This document shows, one piece after another, positions 63,874-64,000 of a stretch of DNA of 64,000 bases. The position numbers and the translations under genes are program-made. Source of the stretch: Paraphysomonas bandaiensis (taxonomy: Eukaryota; Protista; Chrysophyceae). Below the pieces are notes generated by a model, which was given only the letters and a program-made list of their open reading frames with translations, ran no database searches and had not been told where the DNA came from. Location: contig CBFFRP010000431.1 of the NCBI GenBank assembly GCA_965644295.1, forward strand, positions 186,001-250,000, in the 5' to 3' direction. The first letter of the stretch is position 1. Each line of letters begins with the position of its first letter.

Positions 63874-64000
63874 ACATACATACATACATACATACATACA
63901 TACATACATACATACATACATACATACATACATACATACATACATACATACATACATACATACATACATACATACATACATACATACATACATACATACA
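63874..64000. repeat. (TACA)n microsatellite running off the window edge
   Basis: Perfect ATAC array ~115 bp upstream of the VPS52 ATG. Confidence 0.98.

Noticed and set aside
1-64000. CRISPR arrays, tRNA/rRNA, non-canonical or introner-like introns
   Set aside because: No repeat-spacer array or cloverleaf seen. The introns I inspected are GT-AG and dissimilar in sequence, apart from the gamma-CA duplicate.

Overview
Compact, intron-rich eukaryotic genomic DNA with short (~45-60 bp) GT-AG introns. Gene and TE content suggests a flagellated stramenopile (inference). There are about 18 host genes, mostly in head-to-head pairs: a GUCD1-like 3' end, sirtuin, RanBP1, a SAP/LEM-like+TPR+C2 protein, ADCY10-type soluble adenylate cyclase, a giant Cdc6/Orc1-like AAA+, a RING E3, a pseudo hybrid histidine kinase, Hsp33, a palindromic pair of complex-I gamma carbonic anhydrases, a beta-propeller receptor kinase, CEP104, a class II GATase, an SC35-like SR protein, an NBD-only Hsp70 and VPS52. 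Mobile DNA includes a young full-length Copia element (identical 265-bp LTRs, TATAG TSD, non-canonical TA..TT ends, one frameshift in integrase). It also includes a hAT-derived composite that holds a ~99%-identical piece of the neighbouring cyclase exon and a retroposon-like insert with a 59-bp flanking duplication, plus several dispersed repeats and two long (TACA)n tracts. The most unusual items are the Cdc6/Orc1 with ~7 tandem GW/DYF modules and no Arg-finger segment, the membrane-anchored, apparently catalytically dead Hsp70 NBD, the 2.9-kb gamma-CA palindrome and the cyclase exon capture. No rRNA, tRNA or CRISPR was seen. Splice sites and alignments were read by eye and are approximate.
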